Source: Angustibacter luteus (GTDB lineage: Bacteria; Actinomycetota; Actinomycetes; Actinomycetales; Angustibacteraceae). From it: a stretch of DNA of 64,000 nucleotides. Shown in pieces: positions 10,098-19,365 of this stretch (the first letter of the stretch is position 1; the number at the start of each line of letters is the position of its first letter). Under the pieces are notes generated by a model that did not search any database, was not told the origin of the DNA, and saw nothing but the letters and a program-made list of their open reading frames with translations. The stretch covers positions 372,001-436,000 of the forward strand of contig NZ_BAABFP010000004.1 of assembly GCF_039541115.1 (NCBI RefSeq), given 5' to 3'. A program made the position numbers and the translations under genes.

Positions 10098-10591
10098 GCC
10101 TGGAGCTCGGGCTCGCTCGACCAGACCGTGCGGGACTCGACCAACGAGCCCTGCTCGTCGATGTCGTAGAAGCGCATGCGCTCCAGGCGCGGGCCGTAGG
10201 CGTGGATGCTGACGGCCGGCTTGACCAGGTCGTTGCGCACGTCGTGCACGATGCCCGGCTCGACGACCCGGACCGCGGGAGCGTGCAGGGTGGTCGACCA
10301 GACGCCGAGGACGTCGTCCGCGCGCACCTCGGTGAGGGCGCCCTCGACGACTGCGAAGGCCGCGGAGGAGTCGCCGTGGTCGTGCAGGTCGGTGGCCTGC
10401 GACGGCAGCCAGGTGAGCAGCCACACGTCGACGCCCTCCGGACCGGGCAGGCGGGCCCAGTAGCGCTCGGCGGTGAACTTGATCTTCGGTCGCCAGAGGT
10501 GGGGCTGGCTGGCGACGCGGCGGACGACCAGGGCGAGGTCGTGCGTCGTCCACTCGGACTGAGCGGGACGAGGGGTGGCGATGAGAGTCAT
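10094..10591 (-). CDS. Cysteine dioxygenase-like thiol dioxygenase (cupin)
   Basis: LLTWLP..TDLHDHG, VHDVRN, SIHAY (3-His iron site plus Ser-His-Tyr); ATG at 10591. Confidence 0.85.
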   Translation of the reverse strand: MTLIATPRPAQSEWTTHDLALVVRRVASQPHLWRPKIKFTAERYWARLPGPEGVDVWLLTWLPSQATDLHDHGDSSAAFAVVEGALTEVRADDVLGVWSTTLHAPAVRVVEPGIVHDVRNDLVKPAVSIHAYGPRLERMRFYDIDEQGSLVESRTVWSSEPELQA

Positions 10592-10648
10592 GGTGAGGCT
10601 TTCGAGGCGGCCGCCTCGCATCGTGCGGGCGGCGGGGGCTGGGGGTCG

Positions 10649-10744
10649 TCAGGCGAGAGCGAGACGACACGCAGCACTGCACAGCCGCATGAGGTCGACG
10701 TGCCGACGCACGACCAGACCTCGCTGCTGCTGTACCTCAGCCAT
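10649..10744 (-). CDS. Leaderless Cys-containing leader peptide MAEVQQQRGLVVRRHVDLMRLCSAACRLALA (31 aa)
   Basis: Translated by hand (below the ORF-track cutoff); RRHVDLxRxxSAxC motif recalled from actinobacterial leader peptides upstream of sulfur genes; ATG is 7 nt after a -10 hexamer. Confidence 0.8.
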   Translation of the reverse strand: MAEVQQQRGLVVRRHVDLMRLCSAACRLALA

Positions 10745-10751
10745 GAGACCG

Positions 10752-10780
10752 AGAGTGACGGCGGTCCAGGCCTGTGTCAA
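10752..10780 (-). promoter_or_regulatory. sigma70-type promoter for leader-cdo-rhodanese
   Basis: TTGACA-N17-CACTCT on the minus strand. Confidence 0.7.
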
Positions 10781-10817
10781 CACTTGGGCACCCGCTGTCC
10801 ACCATCCGGACAGCCGT

Positions 10818-12758
10818 CTACGGGAGGGGGTGGAGGAGCGGGGCGGCGAGCCAGGCGTCCGGGATGCCGAAGCCGTCGACGAGGTCGAGGGCGTCCGGAC
10901 GGAGCTGAGCGCAGGCGGTGTTGACCAGGCCGGTCACCGTGCGGCTGCGCGCCGCGGTCAGCCGGCCGTGCTCGACGTACCAGGCGCGCTCCTGCTCGAG
11001 CCCGTGCAGCAGGTGCACCGTGCACAGCCGGTCGAGCAGCGCGCGGGCGGCGGGGTCGGGGCACTCGTCGACGCCGCGGGCGAACGACTCCGCCACCACC
11101 CGCTCGACGTGCGCGCGGGCGGCCAGCAGCACGTGATCCTGGGCGTCGTTGAACACGGCGAACAGGTCGGCACCCGGCTTGGCGGCGGCGCGCATCCGGC
11201 GGGCGAGGCCGCCCAGCACGTGCTGCTCGCGATCGGCCAGCAGCCGCAGCAGCACCGCCCGGTCGAGCAGGTTGCCCTCCTCCGGACGGCGCGGCCGGGC
11301 GTCGGCCAGGCGCATGCCCCAGGTGCGGGCCGACGTCCGCTCCGCGACGGTCGAGGCGACCTGCCGGGCCACGAACCGCAACGTGCCCAACGCGTCCAGG
11401 TCGCCGAAGGCGTCGCGGTAGCTGGTCAGCAGACCCTTCGCGACGAGCTGAAGCAGCACTACGTTGTCGCCCTCGAACGTGGTGAACACGTCCGTGTCCG
11501 CCTTGAGCGAGGGCAGCCGGTTCTCCGCCAGGTAGCCCGCCCCGCCGCAGGCCTCGCGGCACTCCTGGATCGTGCGGGTCGCGTGCCAGGTGCTCATCAC
11601 CTTCACCCCCGCGGCCAGCGCCTCGAGCTCGCGCTGACGGTGCTCGTCCGGCGGGGTGTCGGACAGCAGCGCGGACTGCACGTCGTGCATCAGCGACACG
11701 AGGTCGTTCTGCGCGTAGGCGAGGGCGTAGGACGTCGCCAGCGCGGGCAGCAGGCGACGCTGGTGGGTGCGGTAGTCGAGCAGGCAGACCTCGTCGTCCG
11801 ATCCCGGCGCGGCGAACTGGGTGCGGACGTCGGCGTACCGGATCGCGATGGACAGCGCCGTGCGCGTCGCCGCGCCCGCACCGCCGGCGACACTGATCCG
11901 ACCGCGCACCAACGTGCCGAGCATCGTGAAGAACCGTCGGGTCGGGTTCTCGATCGGGCTCGTGTAGGAGCCGTCGGGGCCGATGTCGCCGTACCGGTTG
12001 AGCAGGTTGGTGCGCGGCACCCGCACCTGGTCGAAGGTGAGCCGGCCGTTGTCGACGCCGTTCAAGCCCATCTTGGGCCCGCAGTCCTCGATGGTGATGC
12101 CGGGCAGGGCGGCGCCGGTGTCGTCGCGCAACGGCACCAGCACACCGTGCACGCCGTGCCGCAGCGGCTCGTCCGGCGTCCCGGTGACGAGCTGGGCGAA
12201 CACGACTGCCATCCGGGCGTCCCGGGCTGCACCGCCGATGTAGTCCTTGCGCGCGCTCGCGGTCGGCGTGTGCACGACGATCTCGTCGGACGTCGGGTCG
12301 TACGTCGCGGTGGTGCCCAGGGACTGCACGTCGCTGCCGTGACCGGTCTCGGTCATCGCGAAACAGCCGGGCAGCTCGAGCGAGATGATCTGTGGCAGAA
12401 CGGTCTCGTGGTGTCGCGTGGTGCCGAGGTTGGTCACGGCGCCGCCGAACAGCCCCCAGTGGACGCCGGCCTTGACCAGCAGTGACAGGTCCGTGTGGCC
12501 GAGCATCTCGAACGCGGTCACCGAGGCGCCGATGTCGTCGCTCCCACCTGCGACAGCGGGGAACCCGGCGCGGGCGTACTGGCTGCCGGCCAGCATCCGC
12601 ATCTGCTCGTTGACCCGGTCGCGCTGCGCCTCGATGCTCAGCGACGGGTCCGGCAGCAGGAGCTCGGCGTCGAACTCCTTGCGGGTGTGCTCGCGCACGT
12701 GGGCCCACCGGCCACCGAGGCTCGCGCGCAGGGCGGTGACGAGGTCGGTGCTGGTCAT
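10818..12758 (-). CDS. Acyl-CoA oxidase/dehydrogenase family flavoprotein
   Basis: GCFAMTETGHGSDV, KMGLNGVDNG, CREACGGAGY, TTFEGDNVVL plus an ACOX-like C-terminal extension. Confidence 0.9.
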   Translation of the reverse strand: MTSTDLVTALRASLGGRWAHVREHTRKEFDAELLLPDPSLSIEAQRDRVNEQMRMLAGSQYARAGFPAVAGGSDDIGASVTAFEMLGHTDLSLLVKAGVHWGLFGGAVTNLGTTRHHETVLPQIISLELPGCFAMTETGHGSDVQSLGTTATYDPTSDEIVVHTPTASARKDYIGGAARDARMAVVFAQLVTGTPDEPLRHGVHGVLVPLRDDTGAALPGITIEDCGPKMGLNGVDNGRLTFDQVRVPRTNLLNRYGDIGPDGSYTSPIENPTRRFFTMLGTLVRGRISVAGGAGAATRTALSIAIRYADVRTQFAAPGSDDEVCLLDYRTHQRRLLPALATSYALAYAQNDLVSLMHDVQSALLSDTPPDEHRQRELEALAAGVKVMSTWHATRTIQECREACGGAGYLAENRLPSLKADTDVFTTFEGDNVVLLQLVAKGLLTSYRDAFGDLDALGTLRFVARQVASTVAERTSARTWGMRLADARPRRPEEGNLLDRAVLLRLLADREQHVLGGLARRMRAAAKPGADLFAVFNDAQDHVLLAARAHVERVVAESFARGVDECPDPAARALLDRLCTVHLLHGLEQERAWYVEHGRLTAARSRTVTGLVNTACAQLRPDALDLVDGFGIPDAWLAAPLLHPLP

Positions 12759-13420
12759 GCGTCCTCCGGGAGGTCGAGGACGGCGGTCAGCCCGCCGCCG
12801 ATCAGGGTGCTGAGCTGACGGGTCAGCTCGTTGCGGGACAGGGGCTCTGGCGAGGCGAGCCAGTGGTCGGCGGCGGCGCGCACGAGTCCGACGACGCCGT
12901 GCGCCAGGGCTCCGGCGGCGGCCGGGTCGCGCCCGCTGCCGGTGAGGCCGGCGGCGATCAGCGCGGCGAGGTCGTTGCCGATCCGACTCGTCAGCCCGCT
13001 CACCGGGTCGTCGCCGACCGGCCGGTCGAGGAGCGGGTGGGCGACGACGAACCGGTACACCTCGGGGTCGCGCTCGACCAGGGCGAGGTAGGAGTCGACG
13101 GCCGAGCGGACCACCTCGTCCGACCGGGCGAGCTCGGGACTGGTGTCGGCGGCCCCGAGGGCCCGCTGCAGGTCGCCGGCGACGAGGCGGTCGACGGACT
13201 CCACGACGGCCAGGTACAGCCCGGCCTTGTCGCCGAAGTGCCGGTACAGCACGGTCTTGCTGGTGCCGGCCTCGGCGGCGATCTCGTCCATCCCGACGCC
13301 GGCGCCGTGCCGGCGCACCGCCCGCAGGGTGGCCTCGACGAGCTCAGCCCGGCGGGCGAGGCGGTGCTCGGCCCAGCGGGTGTCGCGACCGTCGGGTCGG
13401 CTGCTGCGGGAAGAGCTCAT
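12755..13420 (-). CDS. TetR/AcrR-family regulator
   Basis: MDEIAAEAGTSKTVLYRHFGDK HTH. Confidence 0.92.
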   Translation of the reverse strand: MSSSRSSRPDGRDTRWAEHRLARRAELVEATLRAVRRHGAGVGMDEIAAEAGTSKTVLYRHFGDKAGLYLAVVESVDRLVAGDLQRALGAADTSPELARSDEVVRSAVDSYLALVERDPEVYRFVVAHPLLDRPVGDDPVSGLTSRIGNDLAALIAAGLTGSGRDPAAAGALAHGVVGLVRAAADHWLASPEPLSRNELTRQLSTLIGGGLTAVLDLPEDA

Positions 13421-13433
13421 GAAGGGAAAGTAT

Positions 13434-13452
13434 CAGGTACGGTAAGTTCCTG
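13434..13452. promoter_or_regulatory. Imperfect inverted repeat in the divergent promoter, candidate TetR operator
   Basis: CAGGTAC-N5-GTTCCTG (one mismatch) between tetR and the thiolase. Confidence 0.4.
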
Positions 13453-13503
13453 CTACTGTCGGTATCGAGTGATCAGCCCACCCGCGAACGAGGAGCCGTC
13501 CCC

Positions 13504-14784
13504 ATGGCAACTGCCCGCCGAGCCGCCGTCGTGGGCGGCAACCGCATCCCGTTCGCCCGCAGCGGCGGGCCCTACGCGCAGGTCGGCAACCAGGACATGC
13601 TGACCGCGGCCCTCGACGGCCTCGTGGCTCGCTTCGGCCTGGCGGACGAGCAGGTCGGTGAGGTCGCCGCGGGGGCGGTGCTGAAGCTGAGCCGCGACTA
13701 CAACCTGACCCGCGAGTCCGTGCTCGGTTCCCGGCTCTCGCCCTGGACGCCCGCCTACGACGTCCAGCAGGCGTGCGGCACCGGGCTGGAGGCGACGATC
13801 CTGGTCGCCAACAAGATCGCGCTCGGCCAGGTCGAGTCCGGCATCGCGGGCGGCGTGGACAGCGCCAGCGACGCCCCCATCGCCGTCAACGAGGGCCTGC
13901 GCCAGACCCTGCTCGAGCTGAACCGCGCGCGCACCCTCGGCCAGCGGGCGAAGGCCGTGTCGCACCTGCGGCCCGGGCACGTCCTGCCGGAGATCCCCCG
14001 CAACACCGAGCCGCGCACCGGCCTGTCCATGGGCGACCACATGGCCATCACGGCCGCTGAGTGGGGCGTTAGCCGGGAGGCGCAGGACGCGCTCGCCGCC
14101 GCGAGTCACCGCAACCTGGCCGCCGCGTACGACCGCGGCTTCCAGGACGACCTGGTCACCGCCTACCTCGGCCAGACCCGGGACCAGAACCTGCGCCCGG
14201 ACTCCAGCGTCGAGAAGCTGGCGAAGCTGAAGCCCGTGTTCGGCGACGGCCCGGACGCGACGATGACCGCCGGCAACTCGACCCCGCTGTCGGACGGCGC
14301 GAGCGCGGTGCTGCTGGCCAGCGACGAGTGGGCGGCGGAGCACCGCCTCCCCGTGCTGGCGCACGTGGTGGATGCACAGACCGCCGCCGTGGACTACGTG
14401 CACGGCGGCGAGGGACTGCTGATGGCCCCGGCGTACGCGGTCGCGCGGCTGCTGCAGCGCCAAGGCCTGACGCTGCAGGACTTCGACTACTACGAGATCC
14501 ACGAGGCGTTCGCGTCCACGGTGCTCGCCACGCTCGCGGCGTGGGAGAGCGACACGTTCTGCCGCGAACGGCTGGGACTGTACGGCGCGCTCGGCCCGAT
14601 CGACCGGGACCGGCTCAACGTCAACGGCTCGTCGCTGGCGGCCGGGCACCCGTTCGCCGCCACCGGCGCCCGGATCGTCGCCGGGCTCGCCAAGCAGCTG
14701 CACGAGAAGGGTTCTGGCCGCGGGCTGATCTCGATCTGCGCCGCCGGCGGCCAGGGCGTCGTCGCGATCCTGGAGGCAGCGTGA
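13504..14784 (+). CDS. Acetyl-CoA acetyltransferase (FadA2-like thiolase)
   Basis: QQACGTG, HEAF, GHPF, CAAGG motifs. Confidence 0.92.
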   Translation: MATARRAAVVGGNRIPFARSGGPYAQVGNQDMLTAALDGLVARFGLADEQVGEVAAGAVLKLSRDYNLTRESVLGSRLSPWTPAYDVQQACGTGLEATILVANKIALGQVESGIAGGVDSASDAPIAVNEGLRQTLLELNRARTLGQRAKAVSHLRPGHVLPEIPRNTEPRTGLSMGDHMAITAAEWGVSREAQDALAAASHRNLAAAYDRGFQDDLVTAYLGQTRDQNLRPDSSVEKLAKLKPVFGDGPDATMTAGNSTPLSDGASAVLLASDEWAAEHRLPVLAHVVDAQTAAVDYVHGGEGLLMAPAYAVARLLQRQGLTLQDFDYYEIHEAFASTVLATLAAWESDTFCRERLGLYGALGPIDRDRLNVNGSSLAAGHPFAATGARIVAGLAKQLHEKGSGRGLISICAAGGQGVVAILEAA

Positions 14785-16106
14785 CCACCGACCGGTACAC
14801 CGGCTTCGTCAGCAGCGGCTTCGGCAAGACGCTGAGCCGCCGGCTCGGCCTGCCGCAGCCCGTCGAGCTGCGCCGGTTCGAGCCCGAGCAGCCGCTGTTG
14901 GACGGCCCGATCGGCCTGTGGGGCAACGACCAGCCGCTGGACGTCGTCACCGACCTGATCCGGGCCGAAGGCATCGAGGACGCCTCGGACGGGGACGCCC
15001 GGCTCGGCGCGATCGTGTACGACGCCTGTGGGGCATCGGATCCGGCGTCCCTCGACGTGTTCCCGGCGAGGATTGGGCCGGCCCTGAAGCGGCTGCGCCC
15101 CAGCGGGCGCGTGGTCGTGCTCGGTCGGCCGCCCGAGTCGATCGACGACCCGGCCCGGGCCGCCGCCCAGCGTGCGCTCGAAGGTGTCGTCCGCTCCATC
15201 GGCAAGGAGCTCCGCGCCGGCGCCACCGCCAACCTCGTGCTCGTCGAACCCGGCGCCGAGGCTCGCGCCGAGTCCGCCCTGCGGTTCCTGCTCTCGTCCC
15301 GATCGGCGTACGTCGACGGCCAGGTGGTCCGGGTCGGGCCGGCCGTGCTGCCCAGCACGGACTGGCAGAAACCGTTGCAGGGCAAGGTCGCCGTGGTCAC
15401 GGGCGCCGCCCGCGGTATCGGCGCGGCCATCGCCGACGTGCTGGCCCGCGACGGTGCCACCGTGGTCGCGGTCGACGTCCCGGCGGCCGGCGAGGCGCTG
15501 GCCGCCGTGGCCAACCGGGTCGGCGGTACCGCGCTGCAGGTCGACGTGACCGCGCCGGACGCCGGACGCCGGATCGCCGACCACGCCCACGGCCGCCACG
15601 GGGGGCTGGACGTCATGATCCACAACGCCGGCATCACGCGGGACAAGCTGCTGGTCAACACCGACGTCGAGCGCTGGAACAGCGTGCTCGCGGTGAACCT
15701 GGAGTCCCAGCTGCGGATCGACGACGTGCTGCTGGCCGAGGGCGGCCTCGCTGACGGCGGTCGCGTCGTCTGCCTGTCGTCCACCAGCGGGCTGGCCGGG
15801 AACCGCGGCCAGGCCAACTACGCCGCCAGCAAGGCCGGCGTGGTCGGGATGGTGCAGGCCCGGGCCCGTCAGGTCGCGGAGCGGGGGATCACGTACAACG
15901 CCGTCGCTCCCGGCTTCATCGAGACCGTGCTGACCGCGCGGATCCCGCTGGCCACCCGCGAGGTCGGACGGCGGATCAACAGCCTCAGCCAGGGCGGCCT
16001 GCCGGTCGACGTCGCCGAGACCGTCGCGTGGTTCGCCCAGCCGGGCAGCGCCGGGGTCACCGGTCAGGTGCTGCGGGTGTGCGGGCAGAGCCAGCTGGGC
16101 GCCTGA
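14781..16106 (+). CDS. 3-oxoacyl reductase, FabG4-like (N-terminal flavodoxin-type domain plus SDR)
   Basis: TGAARGIG, HNAGITRD, NYAASK; GTG at 14781 overlaps the thiolase stop. Confidence 0.9.
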   Translation: MTTDRYTGFVSSGFGKTLSRRLGLPQPVELRRFEPEQPLLDGPIGLWGNDQPLDVVTDLIRAEGIEDASDGDARLGAIVYDACGASDPASLDVFPARIGPALKRLRPSGRVVVLGRPPESIDDPARAAAQRALEGVVRSIGKELRAGATANLVLVEPGAEARAESALRFLLSSRSAYVDGQVVRVGPAVLPSTDWQKPLQGKVAVVTGAARGIGAAIADVLARDGATVVAVDVPAAGEALAAVANRVGGTALQVDVTAPDAGRRIADHAHGRHGGLDVMIHNAGITRDKLLVNTDVERWNSVLAVNLESQLRIDDVLLAEGGLADGGRVVCLSSTSGLAGNRGQANYAASKAGVVGMVQARARQVAERGITYNAVAPGFIETVLTARIPLATREVGRRINSLSQGGLPVDVAETVAWFAQPGSAGVTGQVLRVCGQSQLGA

Positions 16107-16110
16107 GCCG

Positions 16111-16977
16111 ATGCAGACCATCACCGTGGACGACGACCCGAGCCTGCTCGCCCTGACCGCACGCGGTGCGCTGCGCAGGGCCCGGGGCGACGCGCTGCCC
16201 GACGTCGAGCTGGCGCGATCTGACGTGCGCGCCTCGGGCGCCTCGCTCGCCGCCTACTCACGGGTCTGCGGCTTCACGGTGGACGGCCGGCTGCCCACGA
16301 CCTACCTGCACGTGCTGACGTTTCCGCTGCAGACCGCGCTGATGGGACGGCCGGACTTCCCCCTCGCCCTGCCCGGACTGGTGCACGTCGAGAACCGGCT
16401 CGAGCTGCGTCGTCCGGTCGGCGTCGACGAAGCGCTGCAGCTGGCCGTCCGGGCCGCCGACCTGCGCCCCCACTCGCGCGGGCGGCAGGTCGACCTGCTC
16501 AGTGAGGCACGGGTCGACGGCGAGCTCGTCTGGCGGGGCCGCAGTACCTACCTGGCCAAGCAGGCGACGTCCCCGCCCTCCCAGCCCGCCCAGCACAGGG
16601 CGCGGTCGACGTCCGCGATGACCGGCCCCCCGGACGCCCGCTGGCGGCTGCCCGCCGACCTGGGACGCCGGTACGCCGCGGTCAGTGGCGATCACAACCC
16701 GATCCACCTGAACCCGCTGGCGGCCAAGGCGTTCGGCTTTCCCCGGACCATCACGCACGGCATGTGGAGCGTCGCGCGATGCGTGTCCTCCCTGGCCGGG
16801 TGGGGTCCGGCAACTGGGGTGGTGGAGGTCGAGTTTCGCCGTCCGGTGCTGCTGCCCTCGACGGTCGAGCTGCGCACGACGGCAGCCGACGGCGGGTGGG
16901 ACCTGCAGCTGAGCTCGCGCCACCGCCACGGCGCCGAGCCGACCGAGCACCTGCGGTGCACCGTCCGTCCCGGGTGA
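16111..16977 (+). CDS. MaoC-type (R)-specific hydratase/dehydratase, HtdX-like double hotdog
   Basis: YAAVSGDHNPIH...ITHGMW motif. Confidence 0.88.
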   Translation: MQTITVDDDPSLLALTARGALRRARGDALPDVELARSDVRASGASLAAYSRVCGFTVDGRLPTTYLHVLTFPLQTALMGRPDFPLALPGLVHVENRLELRRPVGVDEALQLAVRAADLRPHSRGRQVDLLSEARVDGELVWRGRSTYLAKQATSPPSQPAQHRARSTSAMTGPPDARWRLPADLGRRYAAVSGDHNPIHLNPLAAKAFGFPRTITHGMWSVARCVSSLAGWGPATGVVEVEFRRPVLLPSTVELRTTAADGGWDLQLSSRHRHGAEPTEHLRCTVRPG

Positions 16978-16992
16978 CGGGTCGAAGTACGA

Positions 16993-17078
16993 GACAGAGA
17001 TCTACAGCCTTGTCGCCGCCGGGCGCCTCAGACCTGTCATCGCGTCACAGCCGTGACACAACGTTGGAGATCTCTGTC
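16993..17078. repeat. Intergenic inverted repeat with 11-bp arms (REP-like remnant)
   Basis: GACAGAGATCT (16993-17003) / AGATCTCTGTC (17068-17078). Confidence 0.55.
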
Positions 17079-17128
17079 GGAGGCGCAGGCTGCGCAGCTC
17101 CCTGCCGGGACTGGCTTAGGGTTGGGCG

Positions 17129-18232
17129 ATGAGCGCCACCGATGAGATGACGCTGCCCCGCTGGAGCATCTGGCTGCCGCCGGTCGTGCTCGTGATCCTG
17201 GCGGTGACCTGGGGGCGCCACCTCGAGGGCGTGCTGCTGGTCTTCGAGTTCGCCGCGCTGGTGGCCGCGATCACCGTGGCCGTGCACCATGCCGAGGTCG
17301 TCGCGCACCGGGTCGGCGAGCCGTACGGCACGCTGATCCTGGCGATCGGCGTCACCGTCATCGAGGTCGGCCTGATCGTCACGCTCATGGTGTCCAGCCC
17401 GGACAAGACGGCGGCACTGGCCCGCGACACCGTGTTCTCCGCGTTCATGATCGCGGGCAACGGGGTCGTCGGGATCTGCCTGCTGGTGGGTGCGCTGAAG
17501 CACCAGGTGGTGTCGTTCCGGCCCGAGGGCGTGGCCGGTGCGGTGGCCACTCTCGGCGCCGTCGCGACACTCAGCCTGGTGCTCCCGACGTTCACGACGT
17601 CGTCGTCCGGCCCGACGTTCTCGGGGGCGCAGCTGGTGTTCGCGGGGCTCGCGTCGCTGGTGCTGTACGGCACGTTCGTGCTGGTCCAGACGGTCCGGCA
17701 CCGCGAGTACTTCCTGCCGATCGACGACGCGGGCACGCCCGACGACCCGGACGACGACCACCTGCTGCTGCCCAGCAACCGGACCACGTGGCTGAGCCTC
17801 GTCCTGCTGCTCGCGGCGCTGGTCGCGGTGGTCGGCCTGGCCAAGACGGTCTCGCCGGCGATCGAGGACGGCGTGCGGTCGATCGGCGCGCCCGAGACCG
17901 CCGTCGGCGTCGTCATCGCCCTGCTGGTGCTGGCCCCCGAGACGGTCGCCGCGGTGCGGGCCGCGCTGCACAACCGGATCCAGACCAGCCTGAACCTGGC
18001 GCTCGGCTCGGCGCTGGCCAGCATCGGGCTGACCATCCCGGTGATCGCGCTGGCCTCGATCTGGCTGTCCGGTCCGCTGGAGCTCGGCCTCGGCCCGAAG
18101 GACATCGTGCTGCTCGCGCTGACGCTGGTGATCAGCACGCTGACCACGGTGATGGGGCGGGCGAACGTCCTGCAGGGGGCGATCCACCTCGTCGTGTTCG
18201 GCGCCTTCATCTTCCTCGCGGTCACGCCCTGA
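17129..18232 (+). CDS. chaA: Ca2+/H+ antiporter (CaCA family)
   Basis: HHAEVVAHRVGEPYGTL, VTVIE and LAPE alpha-repeat motifs, acidic central loop, multiple TM segments. Confidence 0.85.
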   Translation: MSATDEMTLPRWSIWLPPVVLVILAVTWGRHLEGVLLVFEFAALVAAITVAVHHAEVVAHRVGEPYGTLILAIGVTVIEVGLIVTLMVSSPDKTAALARDTVFSAFMIAGNGVVGICLLVGALKHQVVSFRPEGVAGAVATLGAVATLSLVLPTFTTSSSGPTFSGAQLVFAGLASLVLYGTFVLVQTVRHREYFLPIDDAGTPDDPDDDHLLLPSNRTTWLSLVLLLAALVAVVGLAKTVSPAIEDGVRSIGAPETAVGVVIALLVLAPETVAAVRAALHNRIQTSLNLALGSALASIGLTIPVIALASIWLSGPLELGLGPKDIVLLALTLVISTLTTVMGRANVLQGAIHLVVFGAFIFLAVTP

Positions 18233-18242
18233 GGAGTCCCCG

Positions 18243-19328
18243 GTGGACGCCCTGCAGATCGCCCACCGCCGGCTCCGTGCCCAGCACCTGACCGGGCCGC
18301 CCGCCCCCGACGTGGCGGCCGTCGTCCGGGATCTCGGTGCGGTGCAGGCACAGGAGTTCGCGCCCGCGCTGTGGTCGGTGGCCCAACGCACGGCCGGGTA
18401 TGACCAGGACGCCGTCATGCGGGCCTACGACGCCGGCGTCCTGCTGCGCTCGCACGCGCTGCGCCCGACCTGGCACTTCCTGCTGCCCGAGGACATCGGC
18501 TGGGTGCAACGGCTGACGGCACCGCGCGTGCACGGCGTGAGCCGGTACTACTACCGGCAGGTCGGGATCGACGACGCCGTGGCGGGACGCGCCGGTGAGG
18601 TCATGCTCCAGGCTCTGGACGGGGGCGCGTTCCTGACCCGTGCGGAGCTGTCCCAGGCGTTGGCGCGCAGCGGGATCCAGGCGTCCGGCGTCCGGCTGGC
18701 GTACCTGGTCATGCACGCCGAGCTGGAGGGTCTCATCGCCAGCGGCGCCATGCGCGGCAAGCAGCACACGTATGCGGCGCTGTCTGAGCGTGCCCCGGCC
18801 TCGGTCCGCTGGGAGCCGGACGACCCGCTGCGCGAGCTGACCCGTCGGTACCTGAGCGGGCACGGGCCGGCGACGGTCAAGGACCTGTCCTGGTGGGCCA
18901 GCCTCACGCTGACCCAGGTGCGCGACGGGATCGCTCGGCTCGGTGACGAGGTGGCGAGCATCGACGTCGACGGGCTCACCTACTGGTTCGTCGGACCGAC
19001 GACGGACGAGCGCGAGGCGTCGCCGAGCGTGCGACTGCTGCAGGCGTACGACGAGTTCGGTGTCGCGTTCACCGAGGGGCGGGCGGTGACGAACGTGGCC
19101 GGCCACAAGCTGGTGCCGCCCAGCGCGAACACGGTCGTGCACCTCCTGGTGCTGGACTCCCAGGTGGTCGGACTCTGGCGCCGGGTCGTGCGCAAGGGGG
19201 GCCTGGACGCCGAGCTGACGACCGCCGTCCGGCTCGGTACCCGACAGCGGAAGGCCGTCGAGACGGCGTTCGCGGAGTATGCGCAGTTCACCGGCCAGCC
19301 CGTCGACGTGCACTGGACGGAGCCCTAG
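18243..19328 (+). CDS. AlkZ/YcaQ-like (HTH_42) DNA glycosylase
   Basis: GAVQAQE (QxQ), LRPTWH, YLSGHGPATVKDLSWW, LLQAYDEF, VVGLW. Confidence 0.85.
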   Translation: MDALQIAHRRLRAQHLTGPPAPDVAAVVRDLGAVQAQEFAPALWSVAQRTAGYDQDAVMRAYDAGVLLRSHALRPTWHFLLPEDIGWVQRLTAPRVHGVSRYYYRQVGIDDAVAGRAGEVMLQALDGGAFLTRAELSQALARSGIQASGVRLAYLVMHAELEGLIASGAMRGKQHTYAALSERAPASVRWEPDDPLRELTRRYLSGHGPATVKDLSWWASLTLTQVRDGIARLGDEVASIDVDGLTYWFVGPTTDEREASPSVRLLQAYDEFGVAFTEGRAVTNVAGHKLVPPSANTVVHLLVLDSQVVGLWRRVVRKGGLDAELTTAVRLGTRQRKAVETAFAEYAQFTGQPVDVHWTEP

Positions 19329-19365
19329 CCGCAGCGGGCCCGCACCGCCCTCGGGTCCCGAATCG

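Noticed and set aside
4865..10591. Single 3-mercaptopropionate-type pathway operon from the dioxygenase through thioesterase, thiolase and CoA transferase
   Set aside because: A 52-bp gap with its own -10-like CATGCT precedes the thioesterase, a peptidase interrupts the series, and no desulfinase evidence is present
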